NCBI GenBank assembly: GCA_012295275.1
Contig: CM022673.1
Location: forward strand, 17,298,001 to 17,362,000
Origin: Chrysomallon squamiferum
Taxonomy: Eukaryota; Animalia; Mollusca
Direction: 5' to 3'
DNA: 64,000 bases
The notes beneath the pieces were generated by a model, which ran no database searches, had not been told where the DNA came from, and saw nothing but the letters and a program-made list of their open reading frames with translations. Positions 41,998 through 64,000 of the stretch are shown one piece after another (within the stretch, counting starts at the first letter, position 1; every line of letters starts with the position of its first letter). The translations under genes were made by a program, and so were the position numbers.

Positions 41998-44698
41998 GTT
42001 TGTCTGTCTCCGTTTCAGTATGTCGTAACCACAAACATTTTGTTTTGTGATCAGTATACAGATAAAAATAAACATGACTGCTTCTTCGTGAACTTTACTC
42101 TGCACGGTCTCACCTGCATTTTCGGTGTAAAGGAAAACAAATTAAAGAAGTCAATTTGATACCATGTTTTATTAAGTTAATATGTATAAGAATAGAACAA
42201 AGCATTCTGGGTAAATAGAACAAACTGCATGATCATGTGACAACTGACAAGTGAAAAGGTAATTAATTCAGGCTCGCAGATTATTCACACACCTGTTGTG
42301 ATATATTTCACGTCATAGGATTCGGTAGCAAAGTTAATTGAATAGTGTGAAAATAGAAAGTCAGAACACGCATCTTACAAGATCTGTTCTTATCATATTT
42401 CCAGATAACACAGACTTTGTGTAAACGGAAGGCAATGTATTTTGTTATCCAGCCATAGAACAAAAAGCTGAGATCAAATAGATAATGGTAAGCAAAGAGA
42501 TGGAAAATACGAATGCAAAACACAAATACATTTACAAATAAAATAAAATAAAATAAAATAAAATGAAATAAAATATTCCAGAAATATTTCATAGATATTT
42601 TATCATTAGACTGATAAACGTTAATAGACTAATTTACTTAATCATGTTTTCAGATAATGTTTTCATTAAAAATATTCGAAGTTAAGAAATTTCACGGAAT
42701 TTTCCACATGAAAACTGGATGTCTCATAATTGAATGAGAACACATCATATAACGCACTACATTTCACGGGAGAAAAAGCAAACAAAAAAACAAAAAACAA
42801 AAATACCCGGATCATTGACCTATTTTAAGCGCATTAATTTTTAAAATATTCCATATTATATACAAATAGTTTGATAAAAGTTAATATACTAATTAGTAAA
42901 TGATGTTGAGAAACAATATTTCCTATTCAAATTTAAAAATTTCGTATGTTGTACACTTTCTCCTAAAAACTGGATGTCTCGTCATGTTCTAACGGTACAC
43001 GCCATCTGAGGAACGCCTCCCATTCATATGATGATCATTCCATTAATATGTATGACCTAATGATGAACACATCGTTATTACCGCCTGGTAGAGATTTAAA
43101 CATTAGATGAATCAGGAAAATGCTGATGAAATTAGAGAATCGTAGCGAACCTGACACAACTTGGCTACGTACCAGACACATGTGCAATTTCCTATTAGCA
43201 TCAGAGAAACTTTACCTTTCAGGACAGACAAGTGGGCTACCGTATTAATATACCATGGATAATTACACCTGAAAATATCAAGCTATCGTATTATTCTTAA
43301 AATAAATGAGCAATGGCAGCGGACTACAGCCAACCTGGGTATAGTATTACACCAAGGAAAAACAAGGCTAATGTATTTATATGCCACAGGCAATTGCATC
43401 AGGCTATATCGTATTATTCTGCAGAGAAATAGGCTATTGAAGCAGACAGCTGGACTATATATTACGTAAGAAAAACAATAGTGCCGCATTAATATGCCAC
43501 AGACAATTATATCTGAGAAATGTACGCTTGTGGACATCTTGCTACATTGTAGAGAGGAATTTTATAATATTAGGAAAAAAGTGGGCTATCGCTGTTTATC
43601 AGAGAGAAGTGGACTTTCGTTTTAAATCAGAGAAAATTGGGTTAGCGTTTCATATCGAGAGAAATGGACTGAAACTAACCTTTCACAATACACTAGAAGC
43701 TAGGAAATCGTAATAATGTAAAATGGACAGTTACATTTTTATTCTGTCGAAAACACACAACCTCATAAATAGCAATATGTATTAAAGGTATTGATATCTC
43801 AAACGTTTCTAAGCATGGTAATAATTTTCTCAGACTTGACAAAACTGTTAATGACACTGTACATAACGCTATGTAGTTTTACGTCTATAGTAATTAAAAA
43901 TAGTTAATTGAAATCGTTCCACCACGAACAAGAAAACTATTCTTATGATATTAAAGACATATTTAGGAATTAAGTATGGCTGCTCATTAGAAACAAACGC
44001 ATTAACGAGCAACGAAATACAAATTATTGTGTACTTCAACGCGAGTTAGTTAGCTAACACATCTCACACTATAATTTGTAAATATTAGCTTCATATTATC
44101 CCCAAAACACGTTCACTCACTCCCATGCATCCAAGAAAAACGTATTCGAACCTTCAGTTAATGACACACCTTTCAGGGAGCTCATTAATTAAAAGCCTGC
44201 CCTGGCGTTAAGGACGTTAACAAAACCAAGTTACTGAGTTAATGGCTACTCTAACCTTCAGTACTGCAAAACGTTGTAAATACTTGACTGACTGCAGCAG
44301 ACACTGCCGCTGCAAGGCAGCTATGATGAACCCGAGCTGAAGATTTTCTCACGCTAATATTACCCATGCAATAAGTATGTAGATCAAACTTGTGAAAGTG
44401 ATACTGCAAGCAGTCTGTGTGTATAACGAGCAAACCATGGTTCTCTCTCTCTGGCTTCCTCTCTCACTGATGTATTTTTATCGCTACAATCTTTAGTTCC
44501 TCTGCTATGAAACAGGAATTTGCGGATTCCCCGTGGATATATACCAGTAAACTGATAGAAAACGAGATTTAAAAAAACAACAAAAAACTGTTATCTTTAC
44601 GTGAATACTAATTATAATTATGAGATCATATAGTGTTACATAAAAAAGTAGATAAATAAATAATGAAAATTAAATAATAAAATAAAAAAAAAAATAAA

Positions 44699-44749
<51 letters not shown>

Positions 44750-47514
44750 GACGACGATGATAATGAATGAAGAAATAAATAAATAAATAAGAAATATAAA
44801 AAAATATAAGAAATAAAAAAATGTGTCTTCTTTTAATTTTTTATTATCGGGGAGAGGATGAAGGAGAGGTAAGCTGAATCTATACTTTTAATTTTAATGT
44901 ATTTCCTCAAAACACATCTGAATATCTTTTCATTACAAATGCGTAAGATAAAATAAGAACAAAGCAAACGAGTTCTCGCTAAGCTAACACATACATGCAT
45001 ATGAAGGGCAAAACTGAAGTCCTTGTGTGACCTTGGATTTAAAAATTATTATTATTCTGAAGTCAGATAAATGTATGAAATACATTAGTCGATATCAGTG
45101 TTCTGTGTGAATATCTTAATTCATTCCATACACTTGTAAAGTCATTAGAGGTAATAAATTTATTTATTTATTTATTTATTTATTAATTATTATTATTATT
45201 ATTTATTTATTTTTTTAAACAATATTTACATTTCAGCGATGTTCTACTTTCAATGAGTAGGAAAAGAAAGGATTTTGATTTTGATTCTGTACGAAGTTAA
45301 ATTTGGTCTCCTAGCCAGGTTTCCAGTTTGCTTTAATCTGGCACTAGTAGCAGATGTTTAAATTTACAGTTTAATTATTGGACATTTTTAGCTATCAAAG
45401 AATTATAGCTGGTTATTGCATGAGACTTAAAACTCGTTGGTACAGGGGTCGCGTCTTGTGGTAACCTCTCCCTACTGAACCTCGAAACAGATGAAATTTC
45501 TTTTTATATATTGTATATGTAGTACCGAATTTGGTCAAAATTACAAAAGACTGAATTTACTCTAGATTATAATCAGAACTGACTGAAATTAGTCTGCAGT
45601 ATCAGAACATGTCGAAATAGTCGGAGTAGATCGTTGTAACAAAGAATGTAGGTTATTTTAACCAGATCGCTCTTACAAAGACTTTAAGTTACAAAACTAA
45701 CTAGGCAGATCTAGGATAGTACTGGTGTTATTTTATCAAGACTGCAGTCAGAAAGAGTTGCAGTCACTCTGTCTAGATTATTGTAACAAAGAAATTAAAT
45801 TATTTTATTTAGATCGCAATAAACTAACATCCAGTGCTTGGTAAACAAGATGGTAAACTCGGTTATCAATGTACCGTTACAATTGCAGCACCAAGACAGT
45901 TCAAACTATAAATAGTATTTCCGTGGTAAACAAAGAACTAGTAACTTCATTCACAGGAATAATTACATCTGGTAAAACAGTTAGGGTCTCGAAAATATTT
46001 AGTACAGAGTCTGGAATTACATAATAAAAAAAATAATTTTAAAAAGTTTCTAATTAAGAATTAAATATTATTACTATAATTTTCACTAGCACCCTTTTAA
46101 AACATTACTGATACGTATTCATTAATGCTGGTAATCTGTTCATTTATATATCGGTATGAACAAAAGCAATGCAATGAATTAATAAATATCTGCTTTACAA
46201 TGAGTCAGAACAATATTTTCATGTTCTGTAAAATACAAATTTCAATATAAACATAATTCTATTAATTACAAAATACAACTTTGTGACCAATAACCAAACA
46301 TTGTGTAAATTTATGTATCATTTCAAACTGTATGAAAACACACGTAACCTCAGCAACATAATTTCATGCACAATTTGTGTGCGAAGAAAACGAAGTATAC
46401 ACATATTTCGTACAGCTCATGGAGACGTAAAGTTAGACGTAATTTTGTGTTTCTGCGCAAGAAAAATAGGAAGGTATGTTTACAAGGGCTGAGAGTAAAT
46501 AAACACGACAACGTAAATAATCTTCTGAACAGATGCCAAAGACAAAAAATCGTCTCATACCCTGAATTATTTGAAAATTCCCAGGTTAAAAAGGAAAAAA
46601 ACAAAAAACAAAACAAAAACAGAAAAGAAAAGAAAATCACCTACATGATAATGAATAATACTAGAAACAATAATGTTGTTTACGGCTGACGTAATCATTA
46701 TATGAATCATTAGTATTTTTTTCTTAAGTAGCAAAGAAAATGGTAACCATGGAGTTATGTCTCCATGTCAAAATAGGTTTCAACCAATCGATAAATCATG
46801 AAGTTTTGTTGCGAAATAACTGGCCTATTTTTTTCCTCTCGCTCTTTTATTTATTTATAAACCATTTTTATTTTTGACTTTATTCCATCATTGACATCAG
46901 TATTTTATATTTTTACTGTAAATATCTTTTACAAATTATTAATAAATAAAGAAATAAATGATGTATAAAATAGACCAGCTAACAGAAAACACACTAAAAA
47001 TATATCGCAAACGATCCATCAATAATTGTATAAACGGTACCCGACTGTAGGACTACGTTGCATCATATTTACTTATTTTTACAGGTACTTTAATTGCAAT
47101 GCAGTTGCTCAAGATTGTAAAACGTTTTATGAAGACTATCATAGTAATAAATAAAATACATGAAAATTAAATTTCAGTGGTTTGGTAGAACTGGCCATGT
47201 ACCAATCTGGTTAACAAAACTGATCTGTATGTTCTAAGAAGAAAATGATGTTTAAACTAGAAGTAGAACTGATCTTCTCTTTGTTACCTCTATACTGTTC
47301 TAAAGTTTGTTAAAAAAAAAAAAAAAAAAAAGAATAAATAAATAAAAAAATAAAACTATTGTTTGAACAACTGTGTTTGGAATTCCCATGATTCTTTCTA
47401 GGAAAAAAACTGCTGTTTGACTATTTTTCACTGAAAATACAGTTAGAACTGAATATCCTCATTCTTTTGTAAAGAAATTGTCTGTCGTTTGTATAAAGAC
47501 ACACACACCCACAC

Positions 47515-47569
<55 letters not shown>

Positions 47570-48018
47570 GACACACACACGCACACAATGAACTATCAAA
47601 ATTATGCACAGAAAAAGAACCACAGCAAATATCTTACAATAATTTAATTGGCACTTGGTAATACTGACCGGGAAGATCTAGAACATGCATGATTTTGTCT
47701 AAATATGAAAATAATATAAAATACATATTAATAGTAAAACTAATCTTGAAAAGACAGTAGTTTAGTTTGTAAAAAAGAAATTAATACTGCCAATTTAACA
47801 GTCAAAAGGTCAATACATTTATCCACTGGCCACAACAAATCTGTTATAAAGTCAGAATTAAAGAATATGATTTTTATAAACATATGCATTGGTTTTCTAA
47901 ATAAAATGCCAAATGTATATATTAAATATAAAATATAAATAATAAATTTAAATAAAAAAGTTTAAAAATGTATCATTTGTCATTATTACAGACATATCAA
48001 TACAGATTTTTTACAAGC

Positions 48019-48064
<46 letters not shown>

Positions 48065-48529
48065 TCAATGATAATTGTTGTGATAACTTAACAATTCCAA
48101 CAAATGACTCATCGGTGCTATCATGCACATTGTTATGCTTACATTGTTTTAAGATCACTTCAGGGAATTAACAAGTTTGTGTGATAGGATTAGTGGATTA
48201 ATGATGTAGACATTTCTGTACTTGTTGAAACCAGGAGGATTAACAGTCATTACTATGATATCATTAACAAGGTGAGAATCAACACTGATTACTCTGGGTA
48301 AAATAAATCACAGAATTTAAAATATCACAATCACTAGTTAAATCACAGGGATGTTATTTCCTACACCACTAACAAGTTTTGGTTTACACTGATCCAATAC
48401 TTAGCTGTCACAAACCTGTACACATATTAGTCTTGTAACTGTCAACAATCAAGCATCAACCATATACTCCTAGTGTATTTAATTCATCTAACTTCAAATA
48501 TTCTACAAAACAAAACAAAAAAAATCTTC

Positions 48530-51337
48530 CTAGAAAATCTGAATTCTATGATTTTCTCTATCAGAAACCACAAGATTTCCATTAGCCAAAATTGCAATTC
48601 CTTCAAGCCCTTTAAATTTTCCATTTTCATTTCCCCAACTTCCGAACATAGAATAATACCTCCCATCTGCTCGGAAGATCTGAACTCGGTTATTGCCACT
48701 ATCGGCAACCACAACAAATCCTTGACTATCAATAGCTATTCCTCGAGGGTATTTTAGCTGACCTCGCAGAGTCCCTGTAACTCCAAAACTGAAAAGAAAG
48801 TTACCATAGATACTGAAAACTTGAATGCGGTTGTTGCTGCTGTCACTTACGTAGACTTGATTATTGTTGCTGACTGCAATGTAGTGTGGATTCTCAAATT
48901 CACCAACTGCATTCCCTAGTCGACCAAACTTGCGTACAAAAGAACCATTTGACTGAAAGACTTGGACTCTGTGATTCTCTTTGTCACAAACATAAATAAA
49001 CCCCATGTTGTCACAAGCCACGCCCCATGGGTAACTGAGTTCTCCATCCCCACTCCCCTCCTGGCCAAATGCAAACTGACAGATACCATTGCAGTTGAAT
49101 ATCTGGATGCGGTGGTTGTATCGGTCTGCAACAATTATCTGGTTGAGACCATTGACAGCAATGCCTGCCAAGCAGTCAAATTCTCCCTCATTTTGTCCAT
49201 AACTACCAAATGATCTGATGTATCTAGAAAATAAAATAAAAAACCATTAATATTCCTGATGTATGAAGGCATCTAATAACATAACTATTTATTACATTTA
49301 AAATATTGTAAACAAATTTACCAGTCACAAATATTGGCTAATTTACCAGTTAAATTTAAACAATTTTATTCATACAAGAAGCACTGACATCTACAATCTG
49401 GCACTGAATGATTTAAATCCTTATACACAATGACCTGAAAAAAGTATATTTATTATTTAAGTAGCTGATTATAAAACTTACCTTCCAGCATTATCAAACA
49501 CTTGAACTCTGTGGTTGCTGCTGTCAGCGACATAGATTTTGTCATCAAGAGGGGACACAGCCACACCACGGGGCCAGGTAAAATTAGCCTGCTCCGACCC
49601 TCGTTCACCAAATCTAATCACTGCCTGACCTTTCTGATTGTACTTGTTTCTTGGACTGGAGACGTAGATACTAGGACTAGAGTTTATTCTGCTGAAGGGA
49701 AGAATTTCGGGTTCATCTTCTGATGTCTGACCATTGCTGTCTGTTCCATTTAGTGTGACATCAAATCGTACTGGTGGTCTGATGGCAAAAGATGTAGAGT
49801 TAGGCTGCAATATAGATGATGTTGCATTGGTTGCTAGTGATGATGCTGCAGATTCTCTCACAAATGTTCTCTCTCTGTTGAATGAACTTGGCTCATAATG
49901 GTTATTTTCTCCATTATCTGATTCTTCTTCAGCAGGAGGTAGAGCACCAATACTTCTGTGTCTTAGTCGACTAGCTGTTCTGTCCTGAGTGTCAGAGTCA
50001 CGATTCAAGAAACTTCCCAGTCTGGGATCAGAATGATGTTCTCTTCTTAACCTTCGTCTCACAACTGGTGGTGTCTCATAATCCCCAAGCAATGGCCTCT
50101 CTTGTACTCCATCTTCATTGTTCGTGCTAATGCCAGAGGCTTGCTGATAAGATGGAGTGTTTCTTCTGCCAATAGAAGGTGACAGAGATACTGACCTGTC
50201 TGATCTGGCAACTCTAAGTGCATAGCTGGGTCTGGATTCTGCTGCAGAATGGACTGTACCTCTCTGAGTGATACTTGGACTGTCATCATAAGTGTTAGAT
50301 GGTTCTTCCCTTTCCTGACTTCCACGAAGTCGTGTGGAAGGAGCAATAGGACCACCTGATGTAACAATAAGCTCTCCTAGGTTGTTGATAGTGTTTGAAA
50401 GGAACTGGTCTTCAAGTGAGATCTGCATTTGTCTCACTGAAGGAAGACGTATACGACCAGTCTGATAACCGAGAATGTTGTCTAAGTTATCTGTGCAGTT
50501 TCGTTTTATTTCAACCAGATCTTCATCTGGAATGTTATGGTTTGATCTGCTAAGCATCGACTCTGTAGAGTCACAGAAACTTGCCATGCTAGCCACTTCA
50601 ACCTCAATATTTTCCTGATGCATTCTCAGAGATCTCAGTTCTGAAAGGAGGAAAGTGTCAATCTCTCCATGAAGAAGCCTCTGCCTGTTTCTCAGTTCTC
50701 TGACATGTTTCTCTATAGCTTCACTTATCTCTGTCTTTGCATTGTCACACCTCTCCTGCAAATGCGAACCACAGTGACTGATGGAGCTGAGAGCCTCAGT
50801 AATGTCAGGAATTCCTCGACGAATCTGACTGATGTACCTGGTTATATCTGATTTCAGAATACTGAGATGGTTATTTTTACAGGAATCACAGACGCTCTGG
50901 TTGCAGTGGGCACATCTTGACAATCGGTCCTCTCTTCGACATGCAAAACATCCACTGCTGGAACTGCCTACTGCTCCTGCTGCATGTGGAACATTGGATG
51001 GCATCTCATCAGGATGTGGACCTGTGGCTTGAGCCTCCTCATACTGAAATCCAGCAGAAGATCTCTGAGACTGAGAAGTTAGCTCAAGGAAGCCAATCAC
51101 TGTGAGGTTGTTAGGAAAGCTTGAAACACCTCTACGTGGGACTAAATGGTCTGCCCTGCATTCTGGACACCTGATCATCCCAGTCCTCCTGTCCACCAGA
51201 CCCTCGAGGCATGGCTGTTGACAAAAGGTGTGCTGACAAGGAAGAAGTTTGGGAGTTTTGTATCTGTCCAAACAAACTGAACATGTCAGGAGTTGTTCTA
51301 GCTGTCCAGTCGGGAATGACGAGTCAGGGTCAGTCAT
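48530..51337 (-). CDS. nhl-1: TRIM-NHL E3 ubiquitin ligase (RING, B-box-like, coiled coil, 6 NHL repeats), NHL-1/Abba(Thin)-like
   Basis: Coding exon 1 is 51337-49482 (donor AG|GTAAGT, phase 2). Exon 2 is 49223-48530 (acceptor TTTTCTAG). The joined product is 849 aa. RING: CSVCLDRYKTPKLLPCQHTFCQQPCLEGL..IRCPECR. B-box-like: CFAC..RCAHCNQSVCDSCKNNH. NHL repeats: FTWPRGVAV..VADSSNHRVQVF, EFDCLAGIAVN..ADRYNHRIQ, YPWGVACD..VCDKENHRVQVFQ, PHYIAVS, YPRGIAID, FKGLEGIAI..DRENHRIQIF. This series is characteristic of C. elegans NHL-1 and Drosophila Abba/Thin. An acceptor at 51366-51367 implies an upstream non-coding exon. Confidence 0.93.
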
Positions 51338-52299
51338 GTTCTTATCTTACACTGAACAGATCATTCTGGAAAATAATGCAAAGATATTTTTGAGTATTTT
51401 ATTATGTATCCAGTCAATGAATATTTTCTTAAACAAACTTAAAACATTTTATTTTTTTATTTCTTATTTCATGTTTTCCCTGTATGAAAGAGACATGTTT
51501 AACAACTAAACCAAAGAAGCAAAGCAGAAATTTATTATAACAGAATATAATTATACCTCTGAAGTAAATGTCTGGAAATACAGGCAGAACAACTACAACC
51601 AATTATAAAAATAATAATAATAATAATGATAAAAATAAATATAATGATCATAATTAGAGTAAGTCTTTTCTTTTGTCTTATAATTTATACATATACTATT
51701 ATATATATATATACATGTATAATGTAACACTGTATCAATAATAATAATTAATAAACCATTGCTGATCTATACACACATAGAATATTTGAAGTTGTGCTTA
51801 CTGAACTTCCTGGGCACATAACGTACAAGCTTGATCTCCTAACAGAATTATAAGGTTAGAAGATTAAAAAGAAGGAAGGTTTTTAACCGTAATTAGCTCC
51901 AAGTACAGCCAGTAACAGGACTGAATACCTTGTTTATTACGTAACAGTTTGGTTTATTTTTTTTATGAGAGGCAGTTTTAGAAAAATGAAATGAAATTTT
52001 AGCAATAATAATAATAATAATAACAAACATCTATGCGCATTGTTCATCAACAACAACACTAACATGTAAAAAAAAGAAAAAACCCAAAATTTTTAAACAA
52101 ATTATTTAAATAAACAAATATGAAATAAATTTTTAAATAATAATAATAAATAAGAATAATAATAATAAATAAATAAATAAATAAAACATTTAATGCCAAA
52201 TATAAAATAATCTTTAATAAATTAATCATCAACACATATTTATGTTTTGGGGGTCTACAGCAAACAAATGTAAACAATGCCTAACTGAACTCAATTTCC

Positions 52300-60447
<8,148 letters not shown>

Positions 60448-60591
60448 GTGAGAGTTAGTCTGGTCTACCTGTAATTTCATTTACCTTTGTTTACTACAGA
60501 GGGTACATTTTACTTCTTGTTCAGTTAGATTGGTGATAACACATTCATTCTGTGTATAAAATTTGCAAATGGCTGTTTTATTTGTAAAATA

Positions 60592-60680
60592 CATGATGAG
60601 GATCCTTTATCTGAGATTCCAAAATCCAAAAAGCTCTGAAATTCTGAAAATACAGAGAGCTCCAAAATCTGAAAAATATA
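60592..60680 (+). mobile_element. Possible pogo/Tigger-type MITE terminus in ZAK intron
   Basis: GAGGATCCTTTATCTGAGATTCCAAAATCCAAAAAGCTCTGAAATTCTGAAA..GCTCCAAAATCTGAAA resembles MER46/Tigger-like subterminal repeats with CpG decay. The opposite end was not found. Confidence 0.35.
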
Positions 60681-61115
60681 TTATTTTTATTTGAAGTGCA
60701 TATAAAAGTGACTTTGTTGTAAACAAAACTGGGCCATAATGCCTCAGTGACTGTTCTGTCTTATACAGTTAAAACAAACTTGCCTGTTTACTGTCCTCTA
60801 AAGAATATTTTGTTTATAAATCTGTCTACATCTATATATATCTGACCAGTTAGCTTTTTCTCTCTATCTATTGATGATTTATAAATTTAATATATATTCT
60901 TTCTATTATTATACTGCTACTAATACAGCTATAACTAACAAAATATGTATAAATTCATGAGAAGACTCAGTATGACTGCTTTTGATGTGCAGGGTCACCA
61001 ACTATTTATAACTTGTTGTTTGAAGTTAAATTATTTACAGATTATAAAACACTGATTTCTGATGTGATTTGTTATTAAAATTATTGTTGTTGTTATTTTA
61101 TTTTTATTATTATTT

Positions 61116-61148
<33 letters not shown>

Positions 61149-61409
61149 CATTTAATTTGTTTATTTTTTTCTCAGTTCTTTGAAAAATTAATGAATTTAT
61201 ATTTGGTTTTTGTTTTCTTCTTAATTTCTTTTCATTTTGAGGGCCTATAGCAAAATTATCTCACCTTCCTTATGAAAACATTAAATAATCATATACTGAA
61301 ATAGAAGGTATGGGCAAATTTGTATGCAAATGTCATGTTAAATATAACTATACTTCACTGTATAAAAAACTGTTAATTAAGTTCAAGATCTAATTTGGTT
61401 TTCACAAGG

Positions 61410-61445
<36 letters not shown>

Positions 61446-62076
61446 AAGTCATGGTAAATGTGTTTATTTCTAAAGAATATTTATTTAAATTTTATTTCAT
61501 AATATATTTTATTAATTTTTATTGAAATTAAGAAATGGGGTCAAAGAAAATATACTTAAAAATATTTCCTCAAATTAAAAAAAAAAAAAAAAAAATCCCA
61601 AAAGTTAAATAAATCAAATAAAGAGAGCCAATTACCTACAATCAAAATACACAGACAAAAAAATGTATTATGCATGCTGTTATTACACTTTTGATCTGGG
61701 TTATTACTGAAGCTTTTTTTCAGTTATTTCAAGAGTGCTTGCTTTGTCTGTTTTGACATATAAATATAGTGTAGATAATAAGAAAATGGAGTACTTGTCA
61801 GGGGATGTTTGTATGAAAAGCCCCAGCCTATGTTTGTGTAAATGATAGCACTTGAAGCTTCCCGTTTAGTGTTAAGAGTTGCCCCACTTTGTACAAATCC
61901 TTTGTGACAGTTAGATAGAATTTTGCATTTCTTGGCTATTAGTGGCCTCTGACTAATGTTGTTGGGAAAAGTTTAAATGTCGACTTTTATTGTGTTTTTA
62001 ATTTATATATGTGTGCTGAGTTCCTTTTTTTTTTTTAAAATTAACAATTTTTCTTGTTTTTAGACTTTTACAAAAT

Positions 62077-62108
<32 letters not shown>

Positions 62109-62718
62109 TTTTTTTTTTTTGTCTCTGTATCTCTCTGTTCATCCTTTTCCTCTCCATTTCTGTCTTTGTTTCACTGTCTCTCTCTTTCTCTCACTCTAAA
62201 ATCGTTAAAATAAAATAAATACAATGATACAAAAAAAAAAGAAAAAAAGTGAAAAATAACAACAACAATAATACTAACAATAATAATAATCAAAAATAAA
62301 AATAACTAAAAGATATAAAATCTTTTTATCTTTTTTTTTCAATTACACAAATTACAAATATATCACCCTAAAGAGCCTCACTTTTAATTAATGGCCTGAC
62401 ATTGATAATATGATTTTTACATAAATTATTAATAAACTGGTATCTTTGGGATGTTAGTACATAAATTATTTGTGTGTAAAAACAACAGTCTTGAATACAA
62501 TTAAATCTGAGCCACGGGGTGCAGGACTTTAAATTTTTTTCTCTGTGGCAGTTTGTCATAATTTACATCGACATGATAATGGTGTGACTCAGTCTGTGAT
62601 GTCACAGATAAATTGAGTCTGGCTCCAGACTATTTCTGTCTAGTCAGAGTTTCATAAATCAAAAAGATTATGTATCTGAGGGTAAAAACAAATAAACAAA
62701 ATAAAAAAGTAAAAATTA

Positions 62719-62758
<40 letters not shown>

Positions 62759-64000
62759 ATGGAAAAAATGTATTAAAAATAATAAATGTTTTTTTACAGG
62801 GTGTAGTTTATTTAATTATATATATAACACATACATTTGCAAACACATACACACACACACAAAGACAAACAGACACAAATATATTATTTAAAAAATTGGT
62901 TTTAATAAAAAAGTCTGATTCAAAACTATTAATTTTCAAATAGACATGCTTTTGCTGAAAGTTGGAAATATATTTTAATCTGCTTGTTTGTATATTTTTT
63001 CAAAATAAAAACTACTTGTTTTCACATTAACAGTGTTGGTAGACAATAGTACATAGTTAGAAATGTGCATCCACGCTGGAATATAGATTCAAATGTAAAA
63101 CAGTTACAGTGGAATAAGTTTGCTTGTAGAAATGAGATACTGAACTTCCTTTTTAATAACTTTCTTGTGACAGCAGTTACATATTAAATTATTGATTACA
63201 CTGTCCAAGTAGATTATTAAAAAAAATAATAATAATGAAATTTTGTTGAAGATTTTTTTTTCTATAATTCAATTATTGATTGTAGCAAAACATTCTGGAT
63301 AGGATTAAGATATTCAGTTTAGACTATGGATCTCCTTTCAATGGAAGAATTTACTGTTAAAGAACAAAGTGATCCTAAGCAGACGTGAAAGCTTTCCGCC
63401 TGCTTCTGTACAACAGCAAATTAAAAGACTTTTTCTGATTGGTGTGTTGTGAAACAGGAGTTTTTAATTATGTTATGTCTGACAGACTGCTAATCTGGCC
63501 GTTTTGAAATATTAGGAAATGGATGTTTATGCTTGGGCTTCGTGTCATATGATGTGACAGTGTTTCATTTGTGTGCAGTGTGTTCAGTTTATATTAGATA
63601 AATATTCAATCCAACATTATCTGTATTTTTTTTTCTTTCTGACAGTTCCTAATAATCTAGAAGCTGAAAAAAATAAAATAAAATAAAAAAATATTTACAA
63701 TCTAGATTTTATGTTTTTTTTCTCCCTCTTCTCCGATTGTATTTCTTCTTTGTCTTCTTTTTAGTATTGTATTATTATTAATGTGACTGTTACCTCCTAT
63801 TTGGTTTGCAGATAAGTTTCTTTTTTTTTTCTTTTTCTTTTTTTACATGTAACACAGAACTAAGTAAGCTTTTAAAATAAAACTGAATATTAATAGAACA
63901 GAATCTGTTAAATTTATTCTTAACAATTTTGTAAGATCGCCCAGGAGGTCCATTCCCCATATGATTTATATCCAATATGTATGCATCAAATATTTCTAAC

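Noticed and set aside
48473-51509. Short antisense and alternate-frame ORFs overlapping the nhl-1 exons
   Set aside because: Shadow ORFs of a genuine coding sequence with no independent features.
60592-60660. ATGATGA...CTGA as an intronic C/D box snoRNA (also about 44324-44340)
   Set aside because: No terminal stem or recognisable rRNA antisense element. The first is better explained as a Tigger-like end, and the second is too short.

Overview
AT-rich, microsatellite-laden eukaryotic (invertebrate, probably lophotrochozoan/molluscan) genomic DNA. Nearly all ORFs in the supplied track are artefacts of simple repeats. Three spliced genes can be rebuilt by hand from GT-AG boundaries with consistent phases. 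(1) A + strand class B1 (secretin-family, PTH-receptor-like) GPCR with 12 coding exons at 25857-40973 (522 aa); its signal-peptide exon was not firmly located. (2) A - strand RING/B-box/coiled-coil/NHL ligase of the NHL-1/Abba(Thin) type with 2 coding exons at 48530-51337 (849 aa). (3) A + strand ZAK/MAP3K20 (ZAK-alpha type: kinase, leucine zipper, SAM) with 16 coding exons at 53441-60447, head-to-head with the NHL gene and continuing beyond the window. Decayed mobile DNA includes a FLYWCH-MULE transposase remnant and an internally deleted RTE-type LINE. The most notable oddities are: substitutions in the GPCR's conserved cytoplasmic lock residues (T6.42b to I, R2.46b to S); an extra Cys pair in its hormone-binding domain; an 88-bp minisatellite built from an exon end that multiplies the 5' splice site six times; a start-stop element and a candidate overlapping uORF in front of ZAK; and a sharp CpG-content switch between the two halves of the window.
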